DNA of 64,000 nucleotides from Eledone cirrhosa (taxonomy: Eukaryota): positions 38,874,001-38,938,000 of the forward strand of contig OZ024753.1 of the NCBI GenBank assembly GCA_964016885.1, written 5' to 3'. A program made the translations under genes and the position numbers. A model generated the notes under the pieces. The model was not told where the DNA came from. It saw only the letters and a program-made list of their open reading frames with translations, and searched no databases. How positions within the stretch are numbered: the first letter of the stretch is position 1; every line of letters starts with the position of its first letter. Positions 43,172 through 58,138 of the stretch are shown here, piece after piece.

Positions 43172-44643
43172 ATTACATGCATATATATACATATATATAT
43201 ATACATATATATACACACTTAGATATATACATATACATATAACCATATACATATATACATATAGGAAATTAGAATTGACAATAGCTATTATTTAATTGTT
43301 TTCTTCTCCACTGTTTACCTACATTATTTCTTTCATTTTTTGTATTTCTTTTTGTTAATATTTGTTATTGTTTTTGTTATTTCGCTTTCGTTTTGTTCTG
43401 TTTCGTCTTGATTTTAATTTTGCTTATTTTTTTTAGGTTTTATTTTGTTTTATTCCTAAACAATATATATTGGCATTTTTCTGCTTTCTTCATTTCCTTT
43501 TCGATTTTCTTTCGAGCAATTAGTTTCCATAGACTATTAACTCATCTAACGTTTGAAATATGATAGTTGTCCAAATTTCTCCACAATTGTATAATATAAT
43601 AAAGTAAAACGAAAACAAAAAATAAAAATACATAACGAAATAAAAATAAAACAAAAATAAGTAAAATAATTCAAGGAATTAAACATAAACTAAAGGAAAT
43701 ATAAAAAAAAAAAATAAATATATGCAAATAAAAACGAAATCAAATAGAAATATTACTACTAACAACAAGAAGATGAACAAGAAAAGCATACTCACATACG
43801 CTTACATACTTATATAATCTGAATCATACCTGCACACATGCATCAGAAAGTAACATATACAACCACACATCTAGAAACACATTCTTATACGTAAAGACAG
43901 GAAAGTTATATTTACATACATTTACATACACACATACATAAACTTATATATTCGCAATCGCAGGCGCACAAAAGCTTTGTATACCATTAGCACATACTAC
44001 AACACGTCTTCTATAAATACAACTCTGCACACATTGTAAAAGGGAATGAAATTAAGCATATAGAACCACTACTGCTAACAAGAAAAGACAAAAAAGAACA
44101 CACTAATGTGCATTCGTACACACTCGCATATATTCACTTAAAGTCACATATTTATACATTCACAATCCCATGCAGAAAAACGTCATAAGACAAAGAGACA
44201 TACACCCACACAACATCAACTACAAATATAAACCTAGACACATTGAACAAGGGAAGGAAACAAATCAAATATCTTATGTATAAATATAATAAAGTAGGAA
44301 AAAGAAAAACAAAAGACCCGAATATCACAAATATTGTAGGACTGTGAAAACAGTGGAAGATTGAACGAATACACATTGTTATAAGCTGTTCCTAACACAC
44401 ACGTGTGTATGTATATGTGTGTATAGATGGGGGTGTATGTATGTATGTGTGTATGTATGTATGTGTTTGTCAGGGAGTTGCTCTGACAGAAACGAACTAC
44501 ATAGACACATAAACATAGAGGATAGTTACTAGTGAGATGAGCGAGAGGGCGGGAGCTAGAAAATTGATTGTGTAGTTCGAAGGGTCATATTTAATATAAA
44601 CTTAGTTGGAAAATTGAAGAAAGAGAGAAAGAAAGACAGAGAG

Positions 44644-44679
<36 letters not shown>

Positions 44680-45194
44680 TGAGTGAGAGAGAAAGAAGGA
44701 GAGACAGAGAGAAAGATATATATAAAGAAACATCCCCTCACATCCTCCACATATAACCAAACCACGCTATCTCCCTTAAAAAATACCCCCCCCCCCAAAA
44801 AAAAAGAAAAAAATAGCAACATAAACATTTGTGATAAAGCTTATATAAAGAGTAAGTAGATATGTAGGAATATATATATATAAGTTGCTGTTGTTGGTCT
44901 CCTTGTTGTTTGTGATGTTGATGTTGTTGTTGGTGAAGTTAGTTGTAATGAAGAGACAGTGGTTTGGGTGGTGACGCTAATTTTGTCAATAGACTATGAG
45001 AAAAACAAATTAACTATATTTACCTCGACGTTGTAGAAATGAAATTAATTTTAAAACTTTGAATTTCCGCCCACATCTTCAACTTCCACTCCTACAGTCG
45101 AAACCTCACCCACCACACTTACTCCATATAACTGATTCGGTTATTGAAATTGCTATAGGCTGCCAGTAATTACTTTTCCTTTCTTTTCTTTCTA

Positions 45195-45715
45195 TCAATC
45201 TCCACTGCTCTCTCTCTCTCTCTCTCTCTCTTTCACTCCCTCTCTCTTTCTCTCCCATTCTCCCTTACTTTCTTTCTCTTGTTTCTCCCTTACTTTATTT
45301 CTCTTGTTTCCATTCTCTTTCTCTCTATCTCCACTGCTCTCCTTATCTTTCTCTCCCTCTCCCTCTCCCCTCTCTTCCTGTCCCTCTCTCTTTCTCTCCC
45401 ATTCTCCCTTACTTTCTTTCTCTTGTTTCTCCCTTACTTTCTTTCTCTTGTTTCCATTCTCCTTCTCTCTATCTCCACTGCTCTCCCTATCTTTCTCTCC
45501 CCCCCCTCTCTCTCTCTCTCTTTTTCACTCCCTCTCTCTTTCTCTCCCATTCTCCCTTACTTTATTTCTCTTGTTTCTCCCTTACTTTCTTTCTTTTGTT
45601 TCCATTCTCCTTCTCTCTATCTCCACTGCTCTCCCTATCTTTCTCCCCCCCCTCTCTCTCTTTCTGTCCCTCTCCCTTTCTCCCTTTCTCTCCTTCTCTT
45701 CTCTTCACTCCCATA
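45195..45715. repeat. CT-rich higher-order tandem repeat
   Basis: Recurrent ATCTCCACTGCTCTC and CTTGTTTCTCCCTTACTTT blocks. Confidence 0.8.
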
Positions 45716-45894
45716 CTCTCTATCAATATATGTATGCACTAGTTTTTCCCCAATAACTCGTTTATAATACTTACAATCATGAGTTATACGTTCATATGCG
45801 ACTCTTTATAATCGTCACTGGTTTTCTCCTATTCTAGGTTTACGCTGTTTACGTTACCCTTTAATGCGACAAATTGGTAGAATCGTTAGGACAT

Positions 45895-47076
45895 AGGATA
45901 CAATATTTTGTTGTAAGATACAATACTTTGTTGTAGGATACAATACTTTGTTGTAGGATACAATATTTTGTTGTAGGATAAAATACTTTGTTGTAGGATA
46001 CAATATTTTGTTGTAAGATACAATACTTTGTTGTAGGATACAATATTTTGTTGTAGGATACAATACTTTGTTGTAGGATACAATATTTTGTTGTAGGATA
46101 CAATATTTTGTTGTAGGATACAATATTTTGTTGTAGGATACAATACTTTGTTGTAGGATACAATATTTTGTTGTAGGATACAATACTTTGTTGTAGGATA
46201 CAATACTTTGTTGTAGGATACAATACTTTGTTGTAGGATACAATACTTTGTTGTAGGATACAATACTTTGTTGTAGGATACAATACTTTGTTGTAGGATA
46301 CAATACTTTGTTGTAGGATAAAATACTTTGTTGTAGGATACAATATTTTGTTGTAGGATACAATACTTTGTTGTAGGATACAATACTTTGTTGTAGGATA
46401 CAATATTTTGTTGTAGGATACAATATTTTGTTGTAGGATACAATATTTTGTTGTAGGATACAATACTTTGTTGTAGGATACAATACTTTGTTGTAGGATA
46501 CAATACTTTGTTGTAGGATACAATACTTTGTTGTAGGATACAATACTTTGTTGTAGGATAAAATACTTTGTTGTAGGATACAATATTTTGTTGTAGGATA
46601 CAATACTTTGTTGTAGGATACAATACTTTGTTGTAGGATACAATATTTTGTTGTAGGATACAATACTTTGTTGTAGGATACAATACTTTGTTGTAGGATA
46701 AAATACTTTGTTGTAGGATACAATACTTTGTTGTAGGATACAATACTTTGTTGTAGGATAAAACACTTTGTTGTAGGATACACTACTTTGTTGTAGGATA
46801 AAATACTTTGTTGTAGGATACAATACTTTGTTGTAGGATACAATACTTTGTTGTAGGATAAAATACTTTGTTGTAGGATAAAATACTTTGTTGTAGGATA
46901 AAATACTTTGTTGTAGGATAAAATACTTTGTTGTAGGATACAATACTTTGTTGTAGGATAAAATACTTTGTTGTAGGATACAATACTTTGTTGTAGGATA
47001 AAATACTTTGTTGTAGGATAAAATACTTTGTTGTAGGATACACTACTTTGTTGTAGGATACAATACTTTGTTGTAT
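45895..47076. repeat. 20-bp minisatellite (AGGATACAATACTTTGTTGT) x about 59
   Basis: Directly visible. Explains the periodic YPTTKYCILQQSIVSYNKVL ORFs. Confidence 0.97.
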
Positions 47077-47196
47077 ACATTTCGGCTCTCTAAGCTCTGA
47101 TTTCTAATCCCACCGGAGTCAACTTTGGCTTTCGTCTTTTCTTGGGCCATAAATGAAGTATCAGTTTAATACTAGGGTTAAGACCTTCCTCATCAC

Positions 47197-47245
<49 letters not shown>

Positions 47246-49205
47246 GTCATCATCATCATCATCATCATCACCATCACCATCATCGTCATCATCACCACCA
47301 CCATCATCATCATCATCATCATCATCACCATCTTTATCCTCCTGCTCCTCCTCATCTTCATCAACTCTGCCTTTCTCAACTCTCCTCTCTCCTCTCTCCC
47401 ACTCTCTCTCTCTCTTTCTCTCATTCTCTGGAAAAGTTCGGTTGCATTTCGGATCTGATAAAGGATGGGCTCCTCCAGGATTAAATCTACAAGACACTTG
47501 GTATGTCACAATGTCACAACGGTGTCCCTATGATTCCAGAAAAGTCCAGTTCCTGTGGCTGGATATATAGGTGGAACAATATAGGTTTAATCAACCAATG
47601 ATAGTGGGAGCCTATACAGCATCAGTGACGAGATGCATTGTTTTAGAGTACCAGTCGTGATAATGATATTTTTGATTACAAATGATGGGTATTAATATGA
47701 TATATAGGGTGTAAAATTCATTTTGACATTCGGTGTGTGACAAAATAACATTTCTTTGTTTAAAATAGATTCAGAAATGTTTCTCTCTGTAATACCGTTT
47801 ATTAAAGAACCTAATTTAAAGTATACAATTTTTCTTAATAAAAATAAAAAAAGAGTAAAATTCGCATAAATGAGCAACTAATATTTTCATCGTTAAATAT
47901 TTTGTTGGGCACTAATTTTCTTCTTCTAAAAAAACAACAAAACAAAATATTTTCACGCGCATTATTTTTCCTCCTACAAACCGAATAGACACTCAATCGT
48001 CGTGTCATAATATTGTGTATGGTTTTAGAAATGCAGTTTATGTGTCTGAAAGAGTTGATAAAATTATAAATATATCACAAAATTCAATTTATTTTGTGGT
48101 TCTATCTCTGTTGACACATGCAATTAACATCTCTCGTCTTTAACGCCAAATAATTAAAATCTAACAAGCGAAAAGAACCGAGTTTTCGTTTAATTTACAC
48201 TTTAAAACACTTACAGCCACGAAAGAACGAAAGAGAAAGGAGAAAATGAAAAAAAATAATAAAAAGTTAAGTGATATATTGGTGAAGAGTGAATGAAATA
48301 AATATGTTTCTTTCCCCATTAACGTTGCAAGATGTGAAGGCCCTATTTATCATCAGAATATTCTATTTCCTTTTGTTTTATTTTCAGAAAAATATTCAAA
48401 TTCTTAGCAAACAATAGGAATCCATTTAAGCCGGAAGCAAAGCGAGCATTAATAGTTCATAGAGATACTTTCAAGACTATGTATTATAAGTCAAATGTGA
48501 TGCCATTAAACATAGATGAGGAAATTTATGTTTTGTAAGTTAAAAAATTTCAAAAGTTTGAAATTGGAGAGATATATATCCCCTTATATATAAGCAATTC
48601 CACAGCTTCTAAATAATTTCCAATGAAACCATTTATCATAGAATATGTTTCTAATTATATGTAAAGAATCTGGTGACTTTGTATTTCTAGCCCAGTGCTT
48701 CCAAAATATTTTTAACTCACAGCGCAAGTAGAACAAATAAAAATATTTTGGCACACTTTGCACTTAAATTCGAAAAATTATTTGAAAGATGTATACATAG
48801 TAGCTTAGCATAAAGAGAGAATGTACATAATTAAAAACCAATAAAATTATCTGTAGATCCTTTAGTCAAATAGAGAAGAGTTATCAAAGAGAAACATGTT
48901 GAGTGTTGTTTAACGATGTTTTTTATTCTTAGTTCGGTTGCTTTCAATTTTGAGAATTATATGGGAACTTTATTACGAATTTCAATTAGTATTTTTCAAG
49001 TTCTGAAATAGATCTTACTCTACCACGGCACACCTAATGTTCTTTCACAGTGAGCCAGGGTGGGAAGATGCACCAATAGAATGAAGTCCACCACTCTTCC
49101 GAGATGCTCAACTTAAGGACCATTACTCTAACATTTCGATATAACATTTCATTTTCCAATCTTCGTTTTTCTGTGCATATATGGAAAACATTATCTTTTA
49201 TCAGA

Positions 49206-49566
49206 GGGCGGTGGATTGGCAGTATCGGTAGAGGGTCGGACACCATGCTTTCCAGCATAGTTACGTCCCTTTACGATCTGAGTTCAAATCCCGCCGAGGT
49301 TAACTTTGCCTTTCATCCTTACGGGGTCGATAAAATAAAGTACCAGTAATACACTGGGATAATTGCTGGCCTTGTGCCAAAAGTAGAAACAATTATCTTT
49401 TATCATTCAAGCGGTGGATTGGCAGTATCGGTAGGGGGTCGGACGCCATGCTTTCCAGCATAGTTACGTCCCTTTACGATCTGAGTTCAAATCCCGCCAA
49501 GGTTGACTTTGCCTTTCATCCTTACGGGGTCGATAAAATAAAGTACCAGTAATGCACTGAGTAATT
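49206..49566 (+). mobile_element. Tandem SINE A dimer
   Basis: Copies 49206-49393 and 49410-49566. TTATCTTTTATCA occurs before, between and after them. Confidence 0.85.
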
Positions 49567-49879
49567 TATCTTTTATCATTCACTTCAAAAAGTCTATATG
49601 GACACGCGAGAGAAAATCATCAACAATTTTGATTCTACGCTTCTATGAGAATATAAAAATTAGAAATAATTTAGACAATCGTTTTGTCTGAAGAACGAGC
49701 TCGATGTTTCTTACAAGAATGATCTAGTTTCTTGAAACCTTCGGCAATGAAATAATTATATTGTCTTATTTATTATGTAATTAAATAGCTCTGTACAATA
49801 CATAGAGCACTCTTTTTTCCTTTACCTTTTCTACGGAAATACTTAACACAACACAACCCCCACTCCATATATATATATA

Positions 49880-49997
<118 letters not shown>

Positions 49998-50109
49998 TAT
50001 ACTTCTATGAATATATATATATAATTCATTACAACAGTGACTAATATTTATACTTAACTTGTCATATGAACTGAGTGCTTGTACCCTTCGATATTTCTAC
50101 CAATCCTTT

Positions 50110-50182
<73 letters not shown>

Positions 50183-50307
50183 AAAACTGAATACTAACCA
50201 ATACTATTACTAATTATCACTTATTCCTAATTAAACTATTTTTCACTGTGAACAATTTGTCAGCATTTTCTTTTCCGTTTACCAATATATATATATTCCC
50301 AAGCACC

Positions 50308-50347
<40 letters not shown>

Positions 50348-50947
50348 TATATATATAACTGCTTAATACACCATGATGTCCAAAGTTTTCTTGTCCACGT
50401 AGTCGGTAAAATATAATGGGTGGCAGGATGTGATCTGAAGAAAATTACAATTTATTATATTTAGATTGTATTTTCTGTGCGTGAGTATCATTTTAATGAG
50501 GCCTTCAACAACTCTCGCCAGCTTAGGCTGTAATGTCTTAGTATTTCTCTGATTTATTGATCGTTATTCATTAATGAAACAGTGACAATGAGATATAATG
50601 TTTATTATTTTCATCATTATATGTATGTATGTATGGTTGTATGTATTTATGTATGTATGTTTGTATGTGTGTATGTATGTATGTATGGATGGATGGATTT
50701 ATGTATGTAAGTATGTATGTATGTATGTATGTATGTATTTATGTATGTATGGATGGAAGCATGAGTGGATGGATGGATGGATGTATATATATGTGTGTGT
50801 GAGAGAAAGAGTGTCGCGGAAAGATAGAGAGTGAGTGAGGAAAAGAGAAAGAGGGAGCGAGAGAGAGAGAGAGTGAGAAAGGGACAGTGAGAGAGAGAGA
50901 GAGCGCGAGTTGACGAGAGAGAGAGAAAAAGACACAGAGAGAGGACA

Positions 50948-51075
50948 ATGGGTTGGCAGAATCGTTAAAGTGTCAGACAAAATAAGTCGAGGCAGTGATT
51001 TACGGCTTTTAAATTCTGACCTCAAATCCAGCCGAGGTCAAACTTGTCTTTCGTCTTCCTGGGGTAATTAAAAAA
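50948..51075 (+). mobile_element. Old SINE A-related copy
   Basis: Diverged A/B boxes and body. Similar decayed copies at about 8920-9020, 41990-42120, 57405-57575, 58441-58545 and 58787-58930. Confidence 0.6.
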
Positions 51076-51359
51076 ATTACAAATAATGTACTAGTATAGA
51101 TAGAAAAACCGATGGTTTTGGTCCTCATTTAAAAATCCTTATGTGTTTGTGTGTGTTAAGTAAGCGTGCAAGTACCTGAGCATTCCAGGTAGACGTGTAA
51201 TTCGGTGTGACTTCATGTACCAGAAGGCTGGATATTTGAAACGTCGGTCCTACACCAATTCTTCCAGATGAATGAACTGTAACAACAGATAATAAAGCTA
51301 AAGAAAAAGTCTAAAGTCTGTCTCAAGCTCGGAAGCATCATCAGAATAGTGATTATCCC

Positions 51360-51589
51360 GATTACCATAACGTGAAGTACAAGTGTACAAGATTCCACCC
51401 TGGACAGGACGCCAGTCCATCGCAAGGTTAAACCCCCAGCTATTGCTTGTAATCATTCGCAGCTGAGTATACTAGAGCAAAGTGAAGTGAAGTGTTTTGC
51501 TCAAGTACTCAACACACACCCCAGTCCAGGAATCGAACCCACGTCATTATAATTGTAAGTCCAACACCCTTACCGCTAGGCCACACGCT
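51360..51589 (-). mobile_element. SINE B-type copy with an alternative 3' domain
   Basis: tRNA-like head and family B body, then TTGCGATGGACTGGCGTCCTGTCCAGGGTG, a motif I recall from V-SINE-type elements (unverified). Confidence 0.65.
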
Positions 51590-52181
51590 GACACTATGAT
51601 ATCGTGTGGCCAAGAACCTTAACTCAAAGCTATACGCCTAAACATTCCAGAGTCCCATCTATCCTTATCTAAGTTCTCAGGGAAATTCAAGATCTTTCAT
51701 TATTCAAACAGCTGGAACACTTTTCATAGAAAAGGAATGATGTCTAATACACACACACATACACACATACACACACATATACACACCCACACACGAACAA
51801 ACATACATCCACACATACTTACATATAAAATAAAAGCTTATGTTTATTATTTAGCGAACATTTTGCTAACATTACACGAAACAAATCGTAAAACCCCTTC
51901 AATAAAATATTACTTTAAAGTATACCCCCCCCCCCCCCACTATTTTTAAAAGCAGCCATTTCTATTTCTGTCGTAATACTATAATGATATATCTTCAAAT
52001 AAACGATGTTATAAAATCTGACATGCGAATCAGCAACATATTTGAAAATCCAAAATGAATTTAATACAATTTTTGAATTGAATTGCCTATGATATATATC
52101 ATATATCATATTTGCACAGATTCTCCTTCTCACTCTGTCAGTGTTTCCCTCAATGTCCCTAGATATATATGTATATGTATG

Positions 52182-52238
<57 letters not shown>

Positions 52239-52819
52239 AAAGCGCACACATATATATATATATACAAGCGCACACACAAACACACACATACATATGTTTG
52301 CTCATGTGTGTATACATAAGTATCTACATACATATAATATCAATAGATAGTCACAACCATTTAGTTACAAGAAATGTTGTTTAATAAATACTTACTCCTA
52401 TATTGAGATTTAAGATTAAAATATATTCGGAAAGAGAGAAAGTTGATCTAGATGAAATGTTATAGAATAAGATGAGACGGGTAAATTGAATGTCACAAAG
52501 GATATCAAACATATGTACAAGAGTCTTTCTGTATATCTTAAGAAATAAAACAGGCCTATTTTACACATAGTAACACATGTAAACACACTTATATCTACAC
52601 ATACATGTGTGAGAGTGTGCATTAGATATATATAGAGAGAGAAGAAAAAGTAATAGCTCAATAAAGTAAGATATATTTGAAAAAAGGAAAGGAATGACTT
52701 CTCTAGTTACTGGTGTTTTTTAATAATTCAAATCTTTACAGTAAGTCGTTGCTGTGAAGAACACAAACCACCAGTGAAGTTATTCTTCTCTCTCACCCTC
52801 TCTCTCTCTCTCTCTCCCC

Positions 52820-52864
<45 letters not shown>

Positions 52865-52978
52865 AAGGTAGAACACTGAAAGGTAATATCCGTAGTAGTA
52901 GAGCACTCAGTCCATAGGTCGTGTTTGGTAGCAGTAATGGTGAACTAACTGTTGTGTTACTACTTATATATATATATT

Positions 52979-53017
<39 letters not shown>

Positions 53018-53150
53018 AAGGACCCACACCCCACCCTCCCGCACCAAAATTAGACTTATCGTCCCCTACTTTTGCTCTTTACTCTCTTTACTCTTTGTTC
53101 TTGAATGTTTGGTTGGTAGAGTCCATAACACCAATCAAACCCCTTTTATA

Positions 53151-53195
53151 GCTCTGACGAATCCTACGGTTACGTAAGGAAGAAACATTGTAAGC
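53151..53195 (+). ncRNA. Minimal type I hammerhead ribozyme
   Basis: GCT-CTGACGA-aTCCTACG(GTTA)CGTAAGGAa-GAAA-C ATT G-T-A-AGC, followed by AATAAA. Same stem III and a related tail as the 21512-21556 copy. Lies in TA-flanked insert 53013-53240. Confidence 0.72.
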
Positions 53196-53236
53196 CAATA
53201 AAAATCTTTTGATGTTGTAGACGCCCTTGTGTTCTT

Positions 53237-53313
<77 letters not shown>

Positions 53314-54095
53314 TCAGGATGGATTCAGTTTGAAACTGGTTGGACCATTACTCAACTGAGTACTCGATACTTGGGGTAGTAGAGTATGGTTATATTATAA
53401 AGAATTGCTTTTGAAATGGCAAGAGCTCAGCCGTTGAGTCCCGGCTCATTATTATATATATATATAATGTGGAACTAAAGTAGTCTTTGTGAGATGTACG
53501 AAGCCAATGGTCAGAAGTTGCCAAACTCTCCCACTTCTCCGCTGGCAGCAAAGCGTTAAGTCAATTTTTTTTATTGATTGATATCACAAATAGTTGCAGT
53601 ATATGAAATCTCTCGAAGATGCAGATTTGACAGTGGTGGTCCCAGGAGCTGCATCGGATCCTCTGTCCAGAAAGCACCATTTAATGGTGGGGGATTGTAG
53701 TGATCTTGGTCAAAGAGTTTCTTGGGTGGTGCTTATCCACTGCTTCCACGCGTCTGGCTACGAAATCTCAACACCACAATTCCATAAGCAAAAATATCTA
53801 GAACAAATAATAAACCGCAAATTATTATAAAAATAATATATCTAAATTATAGAAATTTCTTTTACCCTAAGTAGCTGGATTGATGTACAAAAGTCTCAGA
53901 GGTCCCTAGTTTCCAAAATATATAAAACAAAGGAAAAAAAAGCAAGAAAACACGATAATATTTGCTTCATCAACTAAATCAGGGTTATAAACTCCAGCAT
54001 TTCGCGGAACTATCACGAGAGACAATGAAGTATAAAACGCAATAACAATAATAACAATAGAAACAATGACGATGATGATGATGATGATAAAGATG

Positions 54096-54162
<67 letters not shown>

Positions 54163-54796
54163 TTATTATTACACGCACGAGTATGAATGAATCTTTTTTT
54201 TGCTTGTTTATTTTTTATATTATTTATTATTATAATTTTTTTTTGTGCAATGTTTTGCATTTCCATTTCATTTCTATAAGTTTTATAAACAAAACCAGAA
54301 CGATAAAAACGACAACTGCAAATCATCAACAACAACGACAACAACAACAAGAAAATAAACGAAACGAAACGAAACTAACACACAAATTGTCTTAATTTAA
54401 TGAAGTAAGGCAGAAGTCAATTTTGATTAAGGTTCCGTAGCTGTGTTCTGCGTGTTTTGCTCAATTAACAAAAATGGTGGTTTTTGCTAGACAGGAACTT
54501 TCAATTAGCACACGTCTTCCTATAGGACACACAGACACACACATATATTCACAAACACGCGCACACATGTACATACATATAACACACACAGGCACATACA
54601 GACACGCACTTACGCACACATACATATGTATGTTACCATAATTTTTCTTGTAGTGCAGACAACATATACATACACGTTAACAGATTTTTTTCCTGCAGTA
54701 AATACACATATATACGAGTTATCATACTTCTTTCTATAGCTACCTCAGATATATACACACTAGGGTAATTCTTACAGCAAATATACATATCTAGAC

Positions 54797-54871
<75 letters not shown>

Positions 54872-54929
54872 CTTTCAAGACTAAAATCCAAAGAGGGCTC
54901 GATAAGGATAAATATATATCAAATATTTA

Positions 54930-55011
<82 letters not shown>

Positions 55012-55168
55012 TCATCATCATTTTACGTCCGCTTTTCCCTGCGTAGCTGTGAGATTAAGGAACTCGTTTCACACACCGTGGTTCTAAGTTCAGTTAACCT
55101 GCGCGGCAACTTGAGAGACTGTCTTCTCTGAACTATAGTTGTGAGTTGGAATTCGTACACAGAAACTG

Positions 55169-55228
<60 letters not shown>

Positions 55229-55280
55229 GACGTACAATAAGAACATTTTAAAAATTAAAAATCAACTTACTAAAATTTTC

Positions 55281-55362
55281 ACTCCAACTAATTAGTTTCT
55301 GTAAGGGGATAAATATAGTTACATAATATAACTATAGAGAATTCCTTACGTCATCAGGGAGT
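55281..55362 (-). ncRNA. Type I hammerhead ribozyme with long stem II and palindromic stem III
   Basis: Minus strand ACTCC-CTGATGA-cGTAAGG..TATAGTTATA/TGTAACTATA..CCTTACa-GAAA-CTAATTAG-T-T-GGAGT. Stem I ACTCC/GGAGT is perfect and AACTAATTAGTT is palindromic. Lies in TA-flanked insert 55225-55363. Confidence 0.78.
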
Positions 55363-55363
55363 C

Positions 55364-55400
<37 letters not shown>

Positions 55401-55540
55401 ATGTGTGTAGATTGAGAGAGATGAGGCTGTGTGGTTACTAATAAGAAGTGTTAGAAAGTAAGGTGACACAAACAAGAGATGAACAATTTCCCTCCATCAG
55501 TTGTCTACTACTGGTCATCGTATATATGTATATATATATA

Positions 55541-55667
<127 letters not shown>

Positions 55668-55753
55668 GTTTATCCCGGGGTTTAATCGGGGGGTAACCAC
55701 AGTAAGTAAGGTTCTCAATACATAGCAGAGTATAAATATTTAATATAGAAATG

Positions 55754-55802
55754 GCTTCTACGAGACTAGAACTGTTTCATTCCGGAGAAATCATCAGGAA
55801 GC
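55754..55802 (-). ncRNA. Type I hammerhead ribozyme (same family as 35461-35513)
   Basis: Minus strand GCTTC-CTGATGA-tTTC(TCCG)GAAt-GAAA-CAGttctagtCTcG-T-A-GAAGC. Stem I GCTTC/GAAGC versus GATTC/GAATC in the 35461 copy. Element spans about 55668-55812. Confidence 0.72.
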
Positions 55803-55934
55803 TTCCTGATTATTTATCTATAACTCTTTTCCTTCCCACTTTTCTCCTGATGAAGGGCCTCAAGCATCAAGCGTGAAGCTAACACTAACATTTTGTACTG
55901 CACTCTTCGCTATTGTTTTGTTTTCTGTTTTAAC

Positions 55935-55970
<36 letters not shown>

Positions 55971-56561
55971 ATAATGTAGGGTGAAAGCAGCGATTCTTTG
56001 CTTAAACATTAATCTGTTATTTTAATAAATATATATATATATATATATATATAGTGTGTGTGTTGGTGTGGGTGTATGGGTGTAGGTGCGTATATTTACG
56101 TTTATGTCTGTGATTTTGTTTATGTCCCTACCTTAGCGGTTGGTTGGATCAGGAATATCTAATGTCGTAAGTTGAATGAGTTGAAAATACTAACTGAATT
56201 CTTTGCATCGTTCCTAGCAGAATAGTTTTTCATATATCATTGCTTTTTTCTTTCTTTCTTTAATTTAATCGTATTTTTGGAGAGAAATTGAACCAAAAAA
56301 TAGACAAAATATCGCTGATTTTTTTGAATATTTTTGTTTAATCTTATTTATCTATTTATATAATATTTTGTTTACTTTTCGTTATTCTTTGACTTGGGGT
56401 CATGCGGAGTTTTATTGGTTTAGCTAGATAATTGATACCTTGCTTATTGTCTGGCGCGATGGAGATGGGTTTCGTTTTTATAGATAAAAAAATCTTTTAT
56501 CAATTTTATATAAACACATATTGTGTATGTGTATATAGGTCTACACAGAGATTAATATAAT

Positions 56562-56592
<31 letters not shown>

Positions 56593-57123
56593 TCGATGTA
56601 GGTACGCTGTGTTGTATTTGGTATTGGTGGTGATTGTGGAGGTGGCGGTGATATTGATGTTGATGTTGTTGCTGGTGGTGGTGATGTTGGTGGTGGTGGT
56701 GGTGGTGTTGAGAATAGTGGTGGTGATGATGATGATAAATGTACAGTTGGAATTGTGGCTCGTATATTTTTTAAGGCACACTACAAATAGAAATACATTA
56801 TCCAAATGCTTCCTTAATTTCTATAACACAATAGGATGTGATTTCAGCGACATTTTGGATGAAATCCTTAGCAAATGTAGTGACCAGCAGGCACTACTGC
56901 GTTGGTTCCGATGTATGCCATGTAACCATGTATGTGCGTCACTGTATTTTCTTGTATTGCCCCAATTTTGCTCTGATTAATCCTGTACATCATATACATA
57001 ACCCTCTAAAATATAAAACCATGACCGACCGTTCCGTAGTTTCAGAGATGATGTATATATATATAGCTATATCTAACATGTCCTTCTTTGAGGATAGTTT
57101 TGACGGTTATTTATTAAAAAGAG

Positions 57124-57340
57124 AGCGGTGGATTGGAAGTATTGTGAGGCCGGTGGATTGGCAGTTTCAGTAGAGGGTCGGGCGCCAAGCTTACCAGCAC
57201 AGAGTTACGCCCCTTTATAATCTGAGTTCATATACCCCCGAGGTTCACTTTGCCTTTCATTCTCACGAGGTAGATAAAATAAAGTACCAGTAATGCACTG
57301 GGATAATTGCTGGCCTTGTGCCAAAAGTAGAAACAATTAT
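57124..57340 (+). mobile_element. SINE A
   Basis: Duplicated head. Flanking direct repeat TTATTAAAAAGA. Confidence 0.8.
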
Positions 57341-57820
57341 TAAAAAGAAACCCCTAATAGGCTTAGCTGTTTATAATGATAATGGTAATGATGACTTGTT
57401 TTAGCAAAATGCCAGTAATTTTGTATAAAGTTTTAAGTCGACTACATCGACCACAGATCTTGAGTGGTACTCTATGCTACTGTCATCGACGTTGAACTGG
57501 ATGGAACTTGAACTCAGAACCTAAAGACTTGCAACAAAGACCACAAAGTATTTTGACAGACGCTCTAATGATTCAGCTGAGGCATAGCCTGGATGATAGT
57601 GATGATTATTTTGGTAAGGTCATGTTCATTACATTATTTAACAATGGTGTTTAAATACTTTTTTCTTCGAACTTCACATTACAAAAGAATTCTGCTTTCT
57701 CTGGATAATGTTGTTGCATGTTAGATGAGAATAGTCTGGTAGTATGTGTGTATAAACACACACACACGTACACTAAGGTAAACCCACTCTCTATCTACCA
57801 CATTTTCTCTCCCTCACTCC

Positions 57821-57887
<67 letters not shown>

Positions 57888-57956
57888 GTATGTATATATA
57901 TATATATATATATACGTATATATATGCATGTATTTCAGCGTATCCGTGTAGGTGTG

Positions 57957-58138
<182 letters not shown>

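Noticed and set aside
45854-47080. 408-aa, 360-aa and 285-aa periodic ORFs
   Set aside because: They are read-throughs of a stop-free 20-bp minisatellite, open in all three minus frames and located inside a SINE.
47090-47509. Poly-D ORF and a 63-nt plus-strand exon-like segment at about 47437-47500
   Set aside because: Built from (CAT)n, (CT)n and SINE sequence. Splice-like sites alone are insufficient.
48693-48730. CAGTGCTTCCAAAA hAT-like terminus
   Set aside because: No matching second TIR or TSD found.
53594-53830. GC-richer open frames on both strands
   Set aside because: No recognisable protein motif or convincing splice sites.
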